Under the pieces are notes generated by a model. That model made no database searches. It was not told the DNA's origin and saw nothing but the letters and a program-made list of their open reading frames with translations. A DNA stretch of 64,000 bases. Source: an uncultured Spirochaetales bacterium. Lineage in GTDB: Bacteria; Spirochaetota; Spirochaetia; Sphaerochaetales; Sphaerochaetaceae. How positions within the stretch are numbered: the stretch's first letter is position 1; each line of letters opens with the position of its first letter. Position numbers and translations under genes: made by a program. Below are positions 38,314 to 47,355 of this stretch, one piece after another. Location: the NCBI GenBank assembly GCA_949285785.1, contig CASEAG010000028.1, forward strand, positions 165,161 through 229,160, written 5' to 3'.

Positions 38314-38929
38314 CTGATTCAAGCTCCCTCATCTCGACATCCGCGAACTCGTAGAGAATGCTGTCTCCACTCGTCTCGACCATTGTCACTGATTCAAGCG
38401 TCCGGTCCCCGGTTATCGTTATCGACCCGACGAACGAGGCAATCGTCTCGTCCACTGGCACAAGGCCAATCACCCACTTTCCATCATTCTCGATGAAGAA
38501 TGCATCGAAGACGGTGTCGACCTGCGAGAAGTCTCCGCTGAAGACGCTCTCGATCGCCTGTGCCATGGCCAGGTAGACCAGGTTCCCGGAGACATCCATC
38601 TGCACCATTCGGGTGCCGACCTGCTGGAACATGGTCGATCTACCCACGACCATCAGCGATGCATATGGCTTCATCGTCTGCCATGCGATTCCGTAGCCCG
38701 GCCTGACGATCATCCTGCCAGAGGATTCGAGACTTCTGCCAAGACGGCCGATCGTCCTCGTCTGGACATAGTCGGCGACAATCGGATCTCCTGTGAAGGT
38801 CTCCTCGACGCGGATGAACCGCTCGTCGCTGCGGTCAAGAGGACTGTCGAACAGTCCGGCTCCATCAGCTGCGGCCAGGCCGGTCAGGACCGACATGGCC
38901 AGGATTGCGCATACGAATAGACGCTTCAT
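38288..38929 (-). CDS. LolA-like periplasmic carrier (ApeL-like)
   Basis: Signal peptide, YVQTRTI...LESSGRMI..PGYGIAWQTMKP, WVIGLVP and ETSGDS. Confidence 0.75.
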   Translation of the reverse strand: MKRLFVCAILAMSVLTGLAAADGAGLFDSPLDRSDERFIRVEETFTGDPIVADYVQTRTIGRLGRSLESSGRMIVRPGYGIAWQTMKPYASLMVVGRSTMFQQVGTRMVQMDVSGNLVYLAMAQAIESVFSGDFSQVDTVFDAFFIENDGKWVIGLVPVDETIASFVGSITITGDRTLESVTMVETSGDSILYEFADVEMRELESDENALFEI

Positions 38930-39336
38930 CGCCGTGCTCCTCCTTCGATCGCCTCGATGATGAAATCCGGGATGTCAAGAACGCCATTGCCCTCCAGGTC
39001 TGTCAGCATCTGGACGCTCTCTCCCGTCGTGGTCAGGGCCCCAGTGGTCTTGTCGACGATCTCGAAACGGAAACGTATGAGCACGTCGTATGAGACGAGG
39101 CTCGTCCTCACCACGACCGCCTGTCCCGGCCTGAGCGGCTTCCTGTACTTCGCCTTGTTCCTGACCAGTGGAAGCATGTAGCCATGACCTGCCAGGGTCA
39201 TATAGCCTATGCCCAGCGATTCGAGGAGCATCGACCGGCCCATCTCGAAATAGTCGAAGTACCTGCCATTCCATACGACTCCCATCGGGTCGCAGTCGTT
39301 GAACTCTACTCTGATCTCCCTTTCCGCACTGATCAT
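38926..39336 (-). CDS. Acyl-CoA/ACP thioesterase, 4HBT/YbgC family (ApeK-like)
   Basis: Motifs FNDCDPMGVVWNGRYFDYFEMGR and KYRKPL. Confidence 0.85.
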   Translation of the reverse strand: MISAEREIRVEFNDCDPMGVVWNGRYFDYFEMGRSMLLESLGIGYMTLAGHGYMLPLVRNKAKYRKPLRPGQAVVVRTSLVSYDVLIRFRFEIVDKTTGALTTTGESVQMLTDLEGNGVLDIPDFIIEAIEGGARR

Positions 39337-40262
39337 CTCGCCACCGCCCAGAAATCATAGAAGTTGAACCACTGGCACGGGTTCTTCTTCAGAATCGATT
39401 CGATGAATTCGACGTATCTCTGACAGGAGGACCTGACCACGGCCTCCCTCTGTGAACGCCCGATTCCCTCATAATCAAGCATGTTCGTCCGGATATGCAC
39501 CGTATAGCGCTTGGTGAACTCGATGTCCTTTGTGCGTACGCATGTGGCGAAGAACGACGGGACACCGAGAAGAAGCGGCAGATAGAAGGCCCCGAACGGG
39601 AAACAGGCAGGGGCTCCCAGGAAGTCGACGACGACGTTCCTGTCGCTTGAACGGTCACCGGCGATGACCACGATACCGCCCCTGTCGAGCACGCCCTGTA
39701 TCCTCTCGATGCTGTCGACGGAGATGTCCCTGATGCTGAGGATGTCCATCATCGAGTCGGCGTTGAGCTTCTTCAGCATGTGGTTGAACCTGTCGGTGAT
39801 CGAGAAGTCCACGAGACTGAGTACCGGCACCTGACTGCCCAGGTACTCCCTGTTGAGCTGGTCGGAAAGAGCCCTGAGCTCCTCGCTGCTGCCGATATGC
39901 GATACGATGAGCAGAACACCCTGCCCCTTCTTCAGATAGCTGTTCATCAGATCGATGTCTCCGACGGTCTTCAGCCTTCTGCAGTCGATCTTGCCTATCC
40001 AGCTCTCGCACTTCTCGATCAGGGTTATCGAAAACGACAGGAATATCCTCCAGACACCCACCCTGTATCTGACAATCGGGGAGATTCTCCTGCAATAGTC
40101 CTTCATCACCACTCTGGCGTTCCGGGAGAACATGTAGTAGAAGAAGCTGACCGGGAAGGCGATCAGCACGAGGACGGGATGCGGCAGAATCCTGACCATC
40201 ATGGCCAGCATCATCATCGCATGTGCGCTGCCGACCTCCTCTATCTGTCTCCAGATTCTCAT
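39333..40262 (-). CDS. LpxL-like acyltransferase (ApeJ C-terminal half equivalent)
   Basis: Motifs SHIGSSEELRAL, AGDR, FPFGAF and QWFNFYDFW. ATGA overlap with the GT2 gene. Confidence 0.8.
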   Translation of the reverse strand: MRIWRQIEEVGSAHAMMMLAMMVRILPHPVLVLIAFPVSFFYYMFSRNARVVMKDYCRRISPIVRYRVGVWRIFLSFSITLIEKCESWIGKIDCRRLKTVGDIDLMNSYLKKGQGVLLIVSHIGSSEELRALSDQLNREYLGSQVPVLSLVDFSITDRFNHMLKKLNADSMMDILSIRDISVDSIERIQGVLDRGGIVVIAGDRSSDRNVVVDFLGAPACFPFGAFYLPLLLGVPSFFATCVRTKDIEFTKRYTVHIRTNMLDYEGIGRSQREAVVRSSCQRYVEFIESILKKNPCQWFNFYDFWAVAR

Positions 40263-40999
40263 CTTCCCCGCCTCCTTCTCCTGAGCATCGCCGGAATGTG
40301 GAGTGGCAATGCAATGCACAGTCTGGTGAACACGATCGAGATGCGCACGTTGTCCTTCACCGGATGGAAATGGGACAGCGCATCCTGTGGATATGTCACC
40401 TTGACAGGCAGAGATGTTATGCCGATCCCCTTCCAGTACATCCTGACAAGGACCTCGATGTCGAATCCCATCCTGTAGTCCCAATGCCCACGGGCCACCA
40501 GCGGCGCGAGTGTCGCCACGGGATAGATCCTGAAACCGCACATGCAGTCCACTATCGAAGTGCGATCCATCGTCACGATATGGGCGAACGTGTTGGCGAC
40601 CTTCCGTCCATTCAGTCTTTCCTGCGGCACGGAACTGTCGAAGACGGGATGCCCGATGACGGCGCAATCCGGACTCATGCGGGAGGCCTCGAGGAACCGT
40701 GGTACGGCCTCCAGGTCGTGCTGTCCGTCGGCATCTATCTGGAAGACATGCGTCAGCCCCATGGCGGACGCGGCCTCGATGCCACGCACCACCGCCGCCC
40801 CTTTCCCGCTGTTTCTGGAAAGGGTCAGGACCGTGACGAGACCAGACAGTCCCCTGGCCTTCTCCAGCCATTGGCGGGTCTCGTCATCGCTGCCGTCATC
40901 GACCAGGATGATGTCAAAGCCGTATTCAAGAAGCGTGCCCACCTCCTGGTATGCCGACTTGCCATGGTTGTATACTGGAAGAAGAAAGGCGTACTTCAT
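40259..40999 (-). CDS. Glycosyltransferase family 2 (ApeJ N-terminal half equivalent)
   Basis: Motifs LPVYNH, VDDGSD, NSGKGAA, QIDADGQH, DCMCGFRIYP and SHFHPVKDNVRIS. Confidence 0.85.
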   Translation of the reverse strand: MKYAFLLPVYNHGKSAYQEVGTLLEYGFDIILVDDGSDDETRQWLEKARGLSGLVTVLTLSRNSGKGAAVVRGIEAASAMGLTHVFQIDADGQHDLEAVPRFLEASRMSPDCAVIGHPVFDSSVPQERLNGRKVANTFAHIVTMDRTSIVDCMCGFRIYPVATLAPLVARGHWDYRMGFDIEVLVRMYWKGIGITSLPVKVTYPQDALSHFHPVKDNVRISIVFTRLCIALPLHIPAMLRRRRRGR

Positions 41000-41352
41000 A
41001 GGTCACCCACCATGATCTTCCCGAACGAGAGCTTCTCACCTTCATGTGTGAAGAACGAGAAGCGGACCAGCCCCTCTCCAATCATGGATATCTCGAGCCT
41101 GCATCGTCTCTCCGGGACAAGAGGCTTGACGAACTTGCACTGGCGTATCGCATCGACACGCACACGATCCGGCAGGACCTCGTCCAGGGTGTTTGCAAGA
41201 ATGTCTATCTCCGCGACTGCAGGCAGGAGACGGAAGGCCTCGAAATGCTGTCTGAAATACGGGCTTGATGCCGGAACGGTGAATTCCATTTCCCATCTTC
41301 CATCTCCGGTCCGGCTCAGAGAGTGCACGACAAGTGAATCGTATCCTTTCAT
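40996..41352 (-). CDS. FabA/FabZ-like dehydratase (ApeI-like)
   Basis: Motifs PYFRQHFEAFRLLPAVAEID and KFVKPLVP. Confidence 0.75.
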   Translation of the reverse strand: MKGYDSLVVHSLSRTGDGRWEMEFTVPASSPYFRQHFEAFRLLPAVAEIDILANTLDEVLPDRVRVDAIRQCKFVKPLVPERRCRLEISMIGEGLVRFSFFTHEGEKLSFGKIMVGDL

Positions 41353-43301
41353 ACAACAGGCTCCTTGAGGATTGCATCGACCTCCTCCATCTGCACCTTG
41401 CCCATCTCGTTGCGGGGAATGGCATCCACGAACCGCCATTTCCTCGGGATGGTCACGCCTTCCAGACTGTTCGAGAGAATGTTCCTGAACACCTTGACCA
41501 CCTGTCCATGACTCATGCCCTCGAAGCGGGCCCTCGCCTCATCGCACAGCACTGCGACGACAGCCACATAGACCCCTCTGCTCTCCGAATCCTGGCGGAC
41601 AGCCAGTGCATCCTCGACAAGCCCGGTCTGCACAACCCTGTCGGCGATCTCCACCAGCGAGACCCGCTTCTCGGCGATCTTGACTATCGAATCCCGCCTT
41701 CCAAGCAGTCTGAATCTTCCGTCCTCCCGGATCTCCACCACATCGCTCGTCGTGAAGGGACACTCGCCATGGACTCCGTCGCAGCTGACGACAAGACAGC
41801 CGTCATCGTCGATGGATATCTTCACACTGTGGTTGACGGTCCACCAGGATGCCTCCTCGTCGACATCGACCCTGCGTGCTATCGCCCCGGTCTCGGTGCT
41901 CCCGTAGATTTCGAATGGGAAGCGTCCGAACACTTCTGCGACCTTCTTCGCCTCATGCCGATGAAGCGGAGAGCCGGCGACGATCATGCTGACATCCCTG
42001 GACGGTATGCCATGCGAGATGGCATCATCGCTGATGGCCAGGCGAAGGAACGAAGGCGTCGATATCAGCAGCAGGCGGTGATCGCCCAGGCCGGCAAGCT
42101 CGTCAGGACCGAGTATCCGCCTCCTCGAGATCGGCACCGCATGGATGAACGGCTTTATTATCGAGAAGACGATTCCGAAGGCGTGCTGGGGCGGTACGCT
42201 CGAGACCAGGAGCCTCTTCTGGAAATCCTTCCTGTAGTACTCTCCAAGCGAATCGTTGTCATCCTCGAGCTCCCACAGGAAATGCTCGCATGCCTTCGGC
42301 TTTCCAGTGGAACCTGAGGTGTACAGCACTATTCTGGCCTCCGGTCCGATGACAGGCATCTCCAGATCGAGGTCACACTTCTCTTCAGACAGGATATCGC
42401 CGATGTCCATGGCACCTTCCAGATGCCGGTCGGACAGACATGCCATATCCCCGTCGTCCATCTGCCTCATGAAATCGATTGTGAGATTGCTGGGCACGAG
42501 CGCGACCTTGCCGACCTGCAGAATCGAGCACAAGGCGAGGATGAAGTTCCAGTTGTCCTCCACGTTCACGACGACCTTGCCCTCAGGGCGGCGCGAAAGC
42601 GCATCACGAAGCCTTGCGCTCTCGATCAGGAAGTCCTTCCAGCATTTGAAGACGCCGTCCTCGAAACGGCCGTCGTATGCAAGTATGCAGTCATCCTCGC
42701 GGGAGGTGCGGCTCATTTGTGAAATGAACACAGGCCTGCGCAGTCTCCGCTGGACATGCACCCTGACGATGAACTCGAGTGCGAACAACAGGCCTATGAG
42801 CATGTATGTCAGGAAGCCGTTGTACAGCGTCCAGAACTCGACAGGCATGAAGAGTGCAGTCACAAGGGCGGCGGAGCCGTTGAGGACGAAGAATGCGCAC
42901 CAGACCATGGTCACCTTGCGGCAGTAGCGCATTATCGCATTCCTGTGGGCACCATACCGGAGCGTACTGTCGCCGAGATTGGCGAAGTCGTAGACGATCC
43001 CGCCAGGCTTCGAGAAAAGCGATCCGCCAAAAGTCGCAAGAAGTACGGCGTTGACCAGGACCGGATAGAACTTCAAAGCCACCTCGCTGGCGAACACCAT
43101 CACGCATATCGCGATCACGGCAAGGGCGATCGTCGTCACGCGCGACCTGTCATCACTCCCCTTCAGTATCAGCATGGACAATGCGAAGACGGCGATGACA
43201 ATCCCGATGACCCTCACCGGGAGCTTGAATATGACCAGAGCTAGGAAAACGAAAACAGGGTAGGCGATCGCAAGGACGCCTACCACAATCTTCCGTATCA
43301 A
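41349..43301 (-). CDS. Fusion of a COG4648-like membrane domain (ApeG-like) and an adenylate-forming ligase (ApeH-like)
   Basis: N-terminal ~190 aa with KFYPVLVN, YCRKVTMVWCAFFVLNG and WTLYNGFLTY. C-terminal YTSGSTGKPK, YGSTETG, GRRDSIVK and IPRNEMGK. One uninterrupted frame. Confidence 0.85.
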   Translation of the reverse strand: MIRKIVVGVLAIAYPVFVFLALVIFKLPVRVIGIVIAVFALSMLILKGSDDRSRVTTIALAVIAICVMVFASEVALKFYPVLVNAVLLATFGGSLFSKPGGIVYDFANLGDSTLRYGAHRNAIMRYCRKVTMVWCAFFVLNGSAALVTALFMPVEFWTLYNGFLTYMLIGLLFALEFIVRVHVQRRLRRPVFISQMSRTSREDDCILAYDGRFEDGVFKCWKDFLIESARLRDALSRRPEGKVVVNVEDNWNFILALCSILQVGKVALVPSNLTIDFMRQMDDGDMACLSDRHLEGAMDIGDILSEEKCDLDLEMPVIGPEARIVLYTSGSTGKPKACEHFLWELEDDNDSLGEYYRKDFQKRLLVSSVPPQHAFGIVFSIIKPFIHAVPISRRRILGPDELAGLGDHRLLLISTPSFLRLAISDDAISHGIPSRDVSMIVAGSPLHRHEAKKVAEVFGRFPFEIYGSTETGAIARRVDVDEEASWWTVNHSVKISIDDDGCLVVSCDGVHGECPFTTSDVVEIREDGRFRLLGRRDSIVKIAEKRVSLVEIADRVVQTGLVEDALAVRQDSESRGVYVAVVAVLCDEARARFEGMSHGQVVKVFRNILSNSLEGVTIPRKWRFVDAIPRNEMGKVQMEEVDAILKEPVV

Positions 43302-43303
43302 GG

Positions 43304-43552
43304 CTATTTCTCCGAGTCTGCCACCAACAGCTCCACCAGATCCTGGAGGGTCCGGATTTCACGGAACATTCCGGCATCGACCTTCGGAGGCAGATATTCC
43401 CGGAACTTGACGATCATCTCGGCAGCGTCGATCGAATCGAGCTCCAGATCCTCGACGAGCCTGGACTCGGGAGTGATCTCATCCCTGTCGATGTCGAACT
43501 CGTCGACCAGCACGTCGACTATCCTCTGGTAAAGATCATCCTTCAGACTCAT
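43304..43552 (-). CDS. Acyl carrier protein (ApeF-like)
   Basis: Motif DLELDSIDA. Confidence 0.9.
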   Translation of the reverse strand: MSLKDDLYQRIVDVLVDEFDIDRDEITPESRLVEDLELDSIDAAEMIVKFREYLPPKVDAGMFREIRTLQDLVELLVADSEK

Positions 43553-43815
43553 CTTGCGCTCTCCTTTGCATCCGCGATGTAAGAAGCAAGTGTGTTCACG
43601 CTTCTGAAATACTCGTTGTTGGCTCCACTGCCAGATTTGAATGCGACACCATACTTCTTCTTGATCGCAATGCCGAGCTCCAGAGCATCCACACTGTCAA
43701 GGGAAAGTCCCTCGCCGAACAGCGGCTCATCGTCGCCGATGTCTTCAGGAGTCACACCATCCAGCTCAAGGCTGGAGATGATCAGCTGCTTGATCTCGTT
43801 CTTCAGTTCTTCCAT
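43549..43815 (-). CDS. Acyl carrier protein (ApeE-like)
   Basis: Motifs PLFGEGLSLDSVDALELG and FRSVNTLASYI. Confidence 0.9.
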   Translation of the reverse strand: MEELKNEIKQLIISSLELDGVTPEDIGDDEPLFGEGLSLDSVDALELGIAIKKKYGVAFKSGSGANNEYFRSVNTLASYIADAKESAR

Positions 43816-43867
43816 CACCCTCTCCCCAATTGAACATTCGATTTCATTGAATCATGTATCAGCAGAT

Positions 43868-43896
43868 ACACTACAGGTTAAGCATTCCGTTGTCAA
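43868..43896 (-). promoter_or_regulatory. Sigma70-like promoter of the minus-strand ape-like operon
   Basis: TTGACA-N17-TAGTGT about 50 nt upstream of the first ACP. Confidence 0.65.
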
Positions 43897-43966
43897 TTTC
43901 GAATCATCGCATAACCGTTCGACAAGGCCTGTGGCGTACGACATCTTACAGAATTGTAATTTCCGC

Positions 43967-44656
43967 TCAGAAGACATACTGCACACTGACGAAAGGCGCG
44001 GCAAGGACCTCGAGGAACACCGAGGAGATCACCAGGTCCTCGACAGCCATCACCTCGAATCCGAGGCCGGCGTTCGCGACAATGCCTGCACTGAGGCCGA
44101 GATGTTCGACCAGGGTGAAATCGAGAGAGACGCTGCCGTACAATCCGCTGCCCATATACAGGGCCGCATCGAAGCCGTCCTCACCCTTTGGCGAGAGGCC
44201 ACCCTGAAGATACATGTATTCTCCGAACGCCAGACCGAGGTCCATAATAGACGTCAGCCTCTGGCAGTACCCGAAACCGAGGCGGAAGCTTCCTCCCCCG
44301 GTGCCGAGAGGTCCGCTCTCGGGAAAGGCGTCGTACCTGGAAGCGGGGGCGTTCTGCATATCCAGTTCACGCCATGTCCGCTCGTTGAACAGAAGACCTA
44401 CGGCGAAGTCGATTCCGAATCGTTCGTTGTTTCCGAAATAGCCGGACCCCTTGATCATGTAGTTCATGTCCATACGGCCGGCGGACACATATTCACCAGA
44501 CATGCTCGTCGCATGGTATGGGTCGACGTCGACAATGCTGGTAGGAGGAACGACGAAAAGCCACGTCGGCTCCACCGATACGCCAAGACGGAATGCCGTT
44601 GCACACAGCGGCATGCAAGCCATGATTACCATGGCAAGGATCATAAGCTTCTTCAT
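43967..44656 (-). CDS. Secreted protein, possible outer-membrane beta-barrel
   Basis: Signal peptide, Gly/aromatic-rich amphipathic strands, C-terminal VSVQYVF. Confidence 0.5.
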   Translation of the reverse strand: MKKLMILAMVIMACMPLCATAFRLGVSVEPTWLFVVPPTSIVDVDPYHATSMSGEYVSAGRMDMNYMIKGSGYFGNNERFGIDFAVGLLFNERTWRELDMQNAPASRYDAFPESGPLGTGGGSFRLGFGYCQRLTSIMDLGLAFGEYMYLQGGLSPKGEDGFDAALYMGSGLYGSVSLDFTLVEHLGLSAGIVANAGLGFEVMAVEDLVISSVFLEVLAAPFVSVQYVF

Positions 44657-44877
44657 GCTTGCCCTTCTCCCGATAAGATGAATTCTCGATTTGAAAACTC
44701 ATCCTGTCAAGGTTCCGCCTTGTCCATTGCAGACAACGACCTGGTTGGATCCATACGACCTGCGACGAGTCGGAACGGAAGCCCGGTGTCCATGTCCAGA
44801 TCAGGTAGAGGCATCACGGAAAGGAACAGGACCGTGCTGAAACGGCCCTGTCCTGCATGAATCCTGTCTAGATGGAA

Positions 44878-45198
44878 TCAGATGTCCTTGACAGTGAGCG
44901 TCTTGAGGTTGTAACGACGCTTCTCCTGCCTGTCGCTCTGGCGATAGAACACCGCCGTGAAACCGGTGGTCGAGACCAGAGTCGAATCCGTGAAGCTCTC
45001 GAGCTCGCGGGCGATGTCCTTCACCTCGTCCTTGTGCGCCTGGAAGCGCACCTTCACCAGTTCATGGCTTGCGAGGGCCTCGGAAAGGGCCCTGCCAACG
45101 TTATCGCCCATTCCATCCTTGCCGACCATGACCACGGGGTCCAGCGTCTGTGCCTGGCTTCTGAGGAAAGCCCTCTGGGCACTTGTCATCTCAATCAT
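44878..45198 (-). CDS. yhbY: YhbY/CRM-domain RNA-binding protein
   Basis: Motifs QRAFLRSQAQTLDPVVMVGKDG and LASHELVKV. Confidence 0.9.
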   Translation of the reverse strand: MIEMTSAQRAFLRSQAQTLDPVVMVGKDGMGDNVGRALSEALASHELVKVRFQAHKDEVKDIARELESFTDSTLVSTTGFTAVFYRQSDRQEKRRYNLKTLTVKDI

Positions 45199-45224
45199 TG
45201 CATTCTCCTGGAAACGGGGGTCAG

Positions 45225-45255
45225 AAAAAGGCCTACCCCACTATGAGGATAGGCC
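45225..45255 (-). terminator. Putative terminator after the second acyl-CoA synthetase
   Basis: GGCCTA/TAGGCC hairpin followed by TTTTT on the minus strand. Confidence 0.6.
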
Positions 45256-45280
45256 AGAATTCCGGAATCCCCGGTAGATG

Positions 45281-47017
45281 TCACTCGTTCAGTTCGGCCT
45301 TGTATGCCTTCTCGACCTCGAATCTCTTGACCTTCTTGGTGCTCGTCATGGCAAGAGGCTCCTTCGCTATCACGACCTTCGTGATCTTCTTGTAGCTCTG
45401 CAGCTCCCTGTTGACCGTGGAGACTATGGAGTTGATGTACGCCTCCATGTCGTCGGGATGCGCCTTGGAGCAGTCGGCGGAAGGATAGATGATGGCGGCG
45501 ATGCCTTCGCTCTTGTCCCTGGCGTCGATCACATAGCCGCACACGCAGATCTGGTCCACGTCATAGTGCAGCTGGAAATGGTCCTCGATCTCCTCGGGGA
45601 ACACGTTCTTGCCACCTTCCGTGACGATGACGTTCTTCGCCCTGCCTGTGAGATACAGGTAGCCGTCCTTCTGGTAGCCGACGTCTCCCGTGTTGAGCCA
45701 GCCGTCCTCGGAGAGGACCTCGCGGGTCGCCTCCTCGTTGTTGTAGTAGCCCTTCATGACGACGGAACCCTTGATGTAGATGACGCCGTTCCCATTCTCG
45801 TCGGGATCGACGATCTTAACCTCGGTACCCGGGATGTTGTGTCCCACGGACGCCTCGTCATATGCCTCGACGGGATTCAGGTGCGTGATCGGGCTGGTCT
45901 CGGTCAGACCATAGCCCTGGACGAAGTCGATTCCAAGCTCGTTGAACATCTTGAACGTCGAAGGTGGAAGCGGACCGCCGCCGCAGATGCAGATCCTGGC
46001 GTTCTCGAGCGAAAGCTGCCTGAGCAGGAAGCCGAACCACTTCTTGCCCACCTTGATGTGGAAGGCCTTCTTCAGGAAACCGGAGATGCCCATCATGCCG
46101 CGGATGAGGCCGTATACGACAATGCCCTTCTTCCTGACGCCGTTCATCAGGGCGGAAAGCAGCTTGTTGAACAGCAGCGGGACGGCAAGGAACATCGTGA
46201 CCTTGCCCATATTGAGCTCCTTGAGGACCTGGGGCACGATCAGACGCTTGCCGAAGACGCAGGAAGCTCCCACGGAGATCGTCTCGAAGAAGACGGCCAG
46301 CATGGTATATGCATGGTGGAGCGGAAGAATCGCGTAGAAGACATCCTCCGGATAGAGCTTCATCAGGCACTGCGCCTGATAGCAGTCGCTGACCAGGTTT
46401 GCATGGGTGAGCTGCACGCCCTTGGGCACGCCGGTCGTACCGCTCGTGAAGAGAATCGCGGCCACCTCGTCCTCACCGGCCCTCTGTGCGGTGTGCTCGC
46501 CGTCGGCCTTCAGGTCGAACAGGTATGGATATGTCCTGCTCGTGTCCTCGAGGCAGTACTTCTCGACGAGGGAGACCTTCCCGGTCTTCGTGCCGATGTT
46601 GTCTATCCTGTCGGCATCGATGAAGATCCTGGACACGCCGCCGAATGCCATAAGTGTCTCCATGTCCGCATCGTTGTATGTGATGTCAAGAGGAACGACG
46701 ATCGCTCCGGCATACAGGATAGCCAGATATGCCACGGCCCATTCCGGGCTGTTCTTGCCGCTGACGGCGATCTTGTCGCCCTTCTTCACGCCGGTGGCCA
46801 GAAGGTAGTTGGCGATCTGCGTCACCTTCTCCTTGACCTCGCTGTAGGTCAGATGGATCTCCTTCGGGTGGAATGCCGTGAAGCACGGCCTGTCGCCATA
46901 GCGCATGACGGAGATGTCGAACATCTCCACGACAGTCGGCCACTTCCCGCTGAAGACCTTTCCCCTGTAATCGTCCAGAAACGCATAGGCGTCTGGATTC
47001 GGTACCTTGAATGCCAT
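45281..47017 (-). CDS. Long-chain acyl-CoA synthetase (AMP-binding)
   Basis: Motifs LFTSGTTGVPKGV, QGYGLTETSP, WLNTGDVG and GKNVFPEEIE. Confidence 0.9.
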   Translation of the reverse strand: MAFKVPNPDAYAFLDDYRGKVFSGKWPTVVEMFDISVMRYGDRPCFTAFHPKEIHLTYSEVKEKVTQIANYLLATGVKKGDKIAVSGKNSPEWAVAYLAILYAGAIVVPLDITYNDADMETLMAFGGVSRIFIDADRIDNIGTKTGKVSLVEKYCLEDTSRTYPYLFDLKADGEHTAQRAGEDEVAAILFTSGTTGVPKGVQLTHANLVSDCYQAQCLMKLYPEDVFYAILPLHHAYTMLAVFFETISVGASCVFGKRLIVPQVLKELNMGKVTMFLAVPLLFNKLLSALMNGVRKKGIVVYGLIRGMMGISGFLKKAFHIKVGKKWFGFLLRQLSLENARICICGGGPLPPSTFKMFNELGIDFVQGYGLTETSPITHLNPVEAYDEASVGHNIPGTEVKIVDPDENGNGVIYIKGSVVMKGYYNNEEATREVLSEDGWLNTGDVGYQKDGYLYLTGRAKNVIVTEGGKNVFPEEIEDHFQLHYDVDQICVCGYVIDARDKSEGIAAIIYPSADCSKAHPDDMEAYINSIVSTVNRELQSYKKITKVVIAKEPLAMTSTKKVKRFEVEKAYKAELNE

Positions 47018-47355
47018 TGCTCTTCTACTCCCAGAAATACAGCAACAAGTCTAGCGATAACGAAGGACTTCCGCAATACTTTTCTGGACACATATTCACA
47101 ATGCGTAAAGGTGTCTATTCCATTTCGCTGCAAGACGATGCATGTCGCCCACAGCCCATGCGGGACAGAGGAATGCAATCGGACGGAATCCAGGAGAAGA
47201 CCGTCTCCTCCATGCCGTCCAGGAGACGGTATCATCATCGTCCTCCCTGGAACATCGTAGCACATCGCCACGATTTTCCGCATACGATGAAGGCTACAAC
47301 CTGCTTGGGATGTGCGTTGTTGCACTCGCCCCATCATTGGGCTAGACTCTGTCCT

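Larger units (their letters stand above)
26528..43815. other. Aryl-polyene-like type II PKS/FAS biosynthetic gene cluster
   Basis: Counterparts of ApeB-R plus FabD, a carboxyltransferase and a PPTase, in two convergent coupled units. Confidence 0.85.

Noticed and set aside
47018-47355. THF riboswitch before folC
   Set aside because: The conserved THF aptamer segments were not recognisable.
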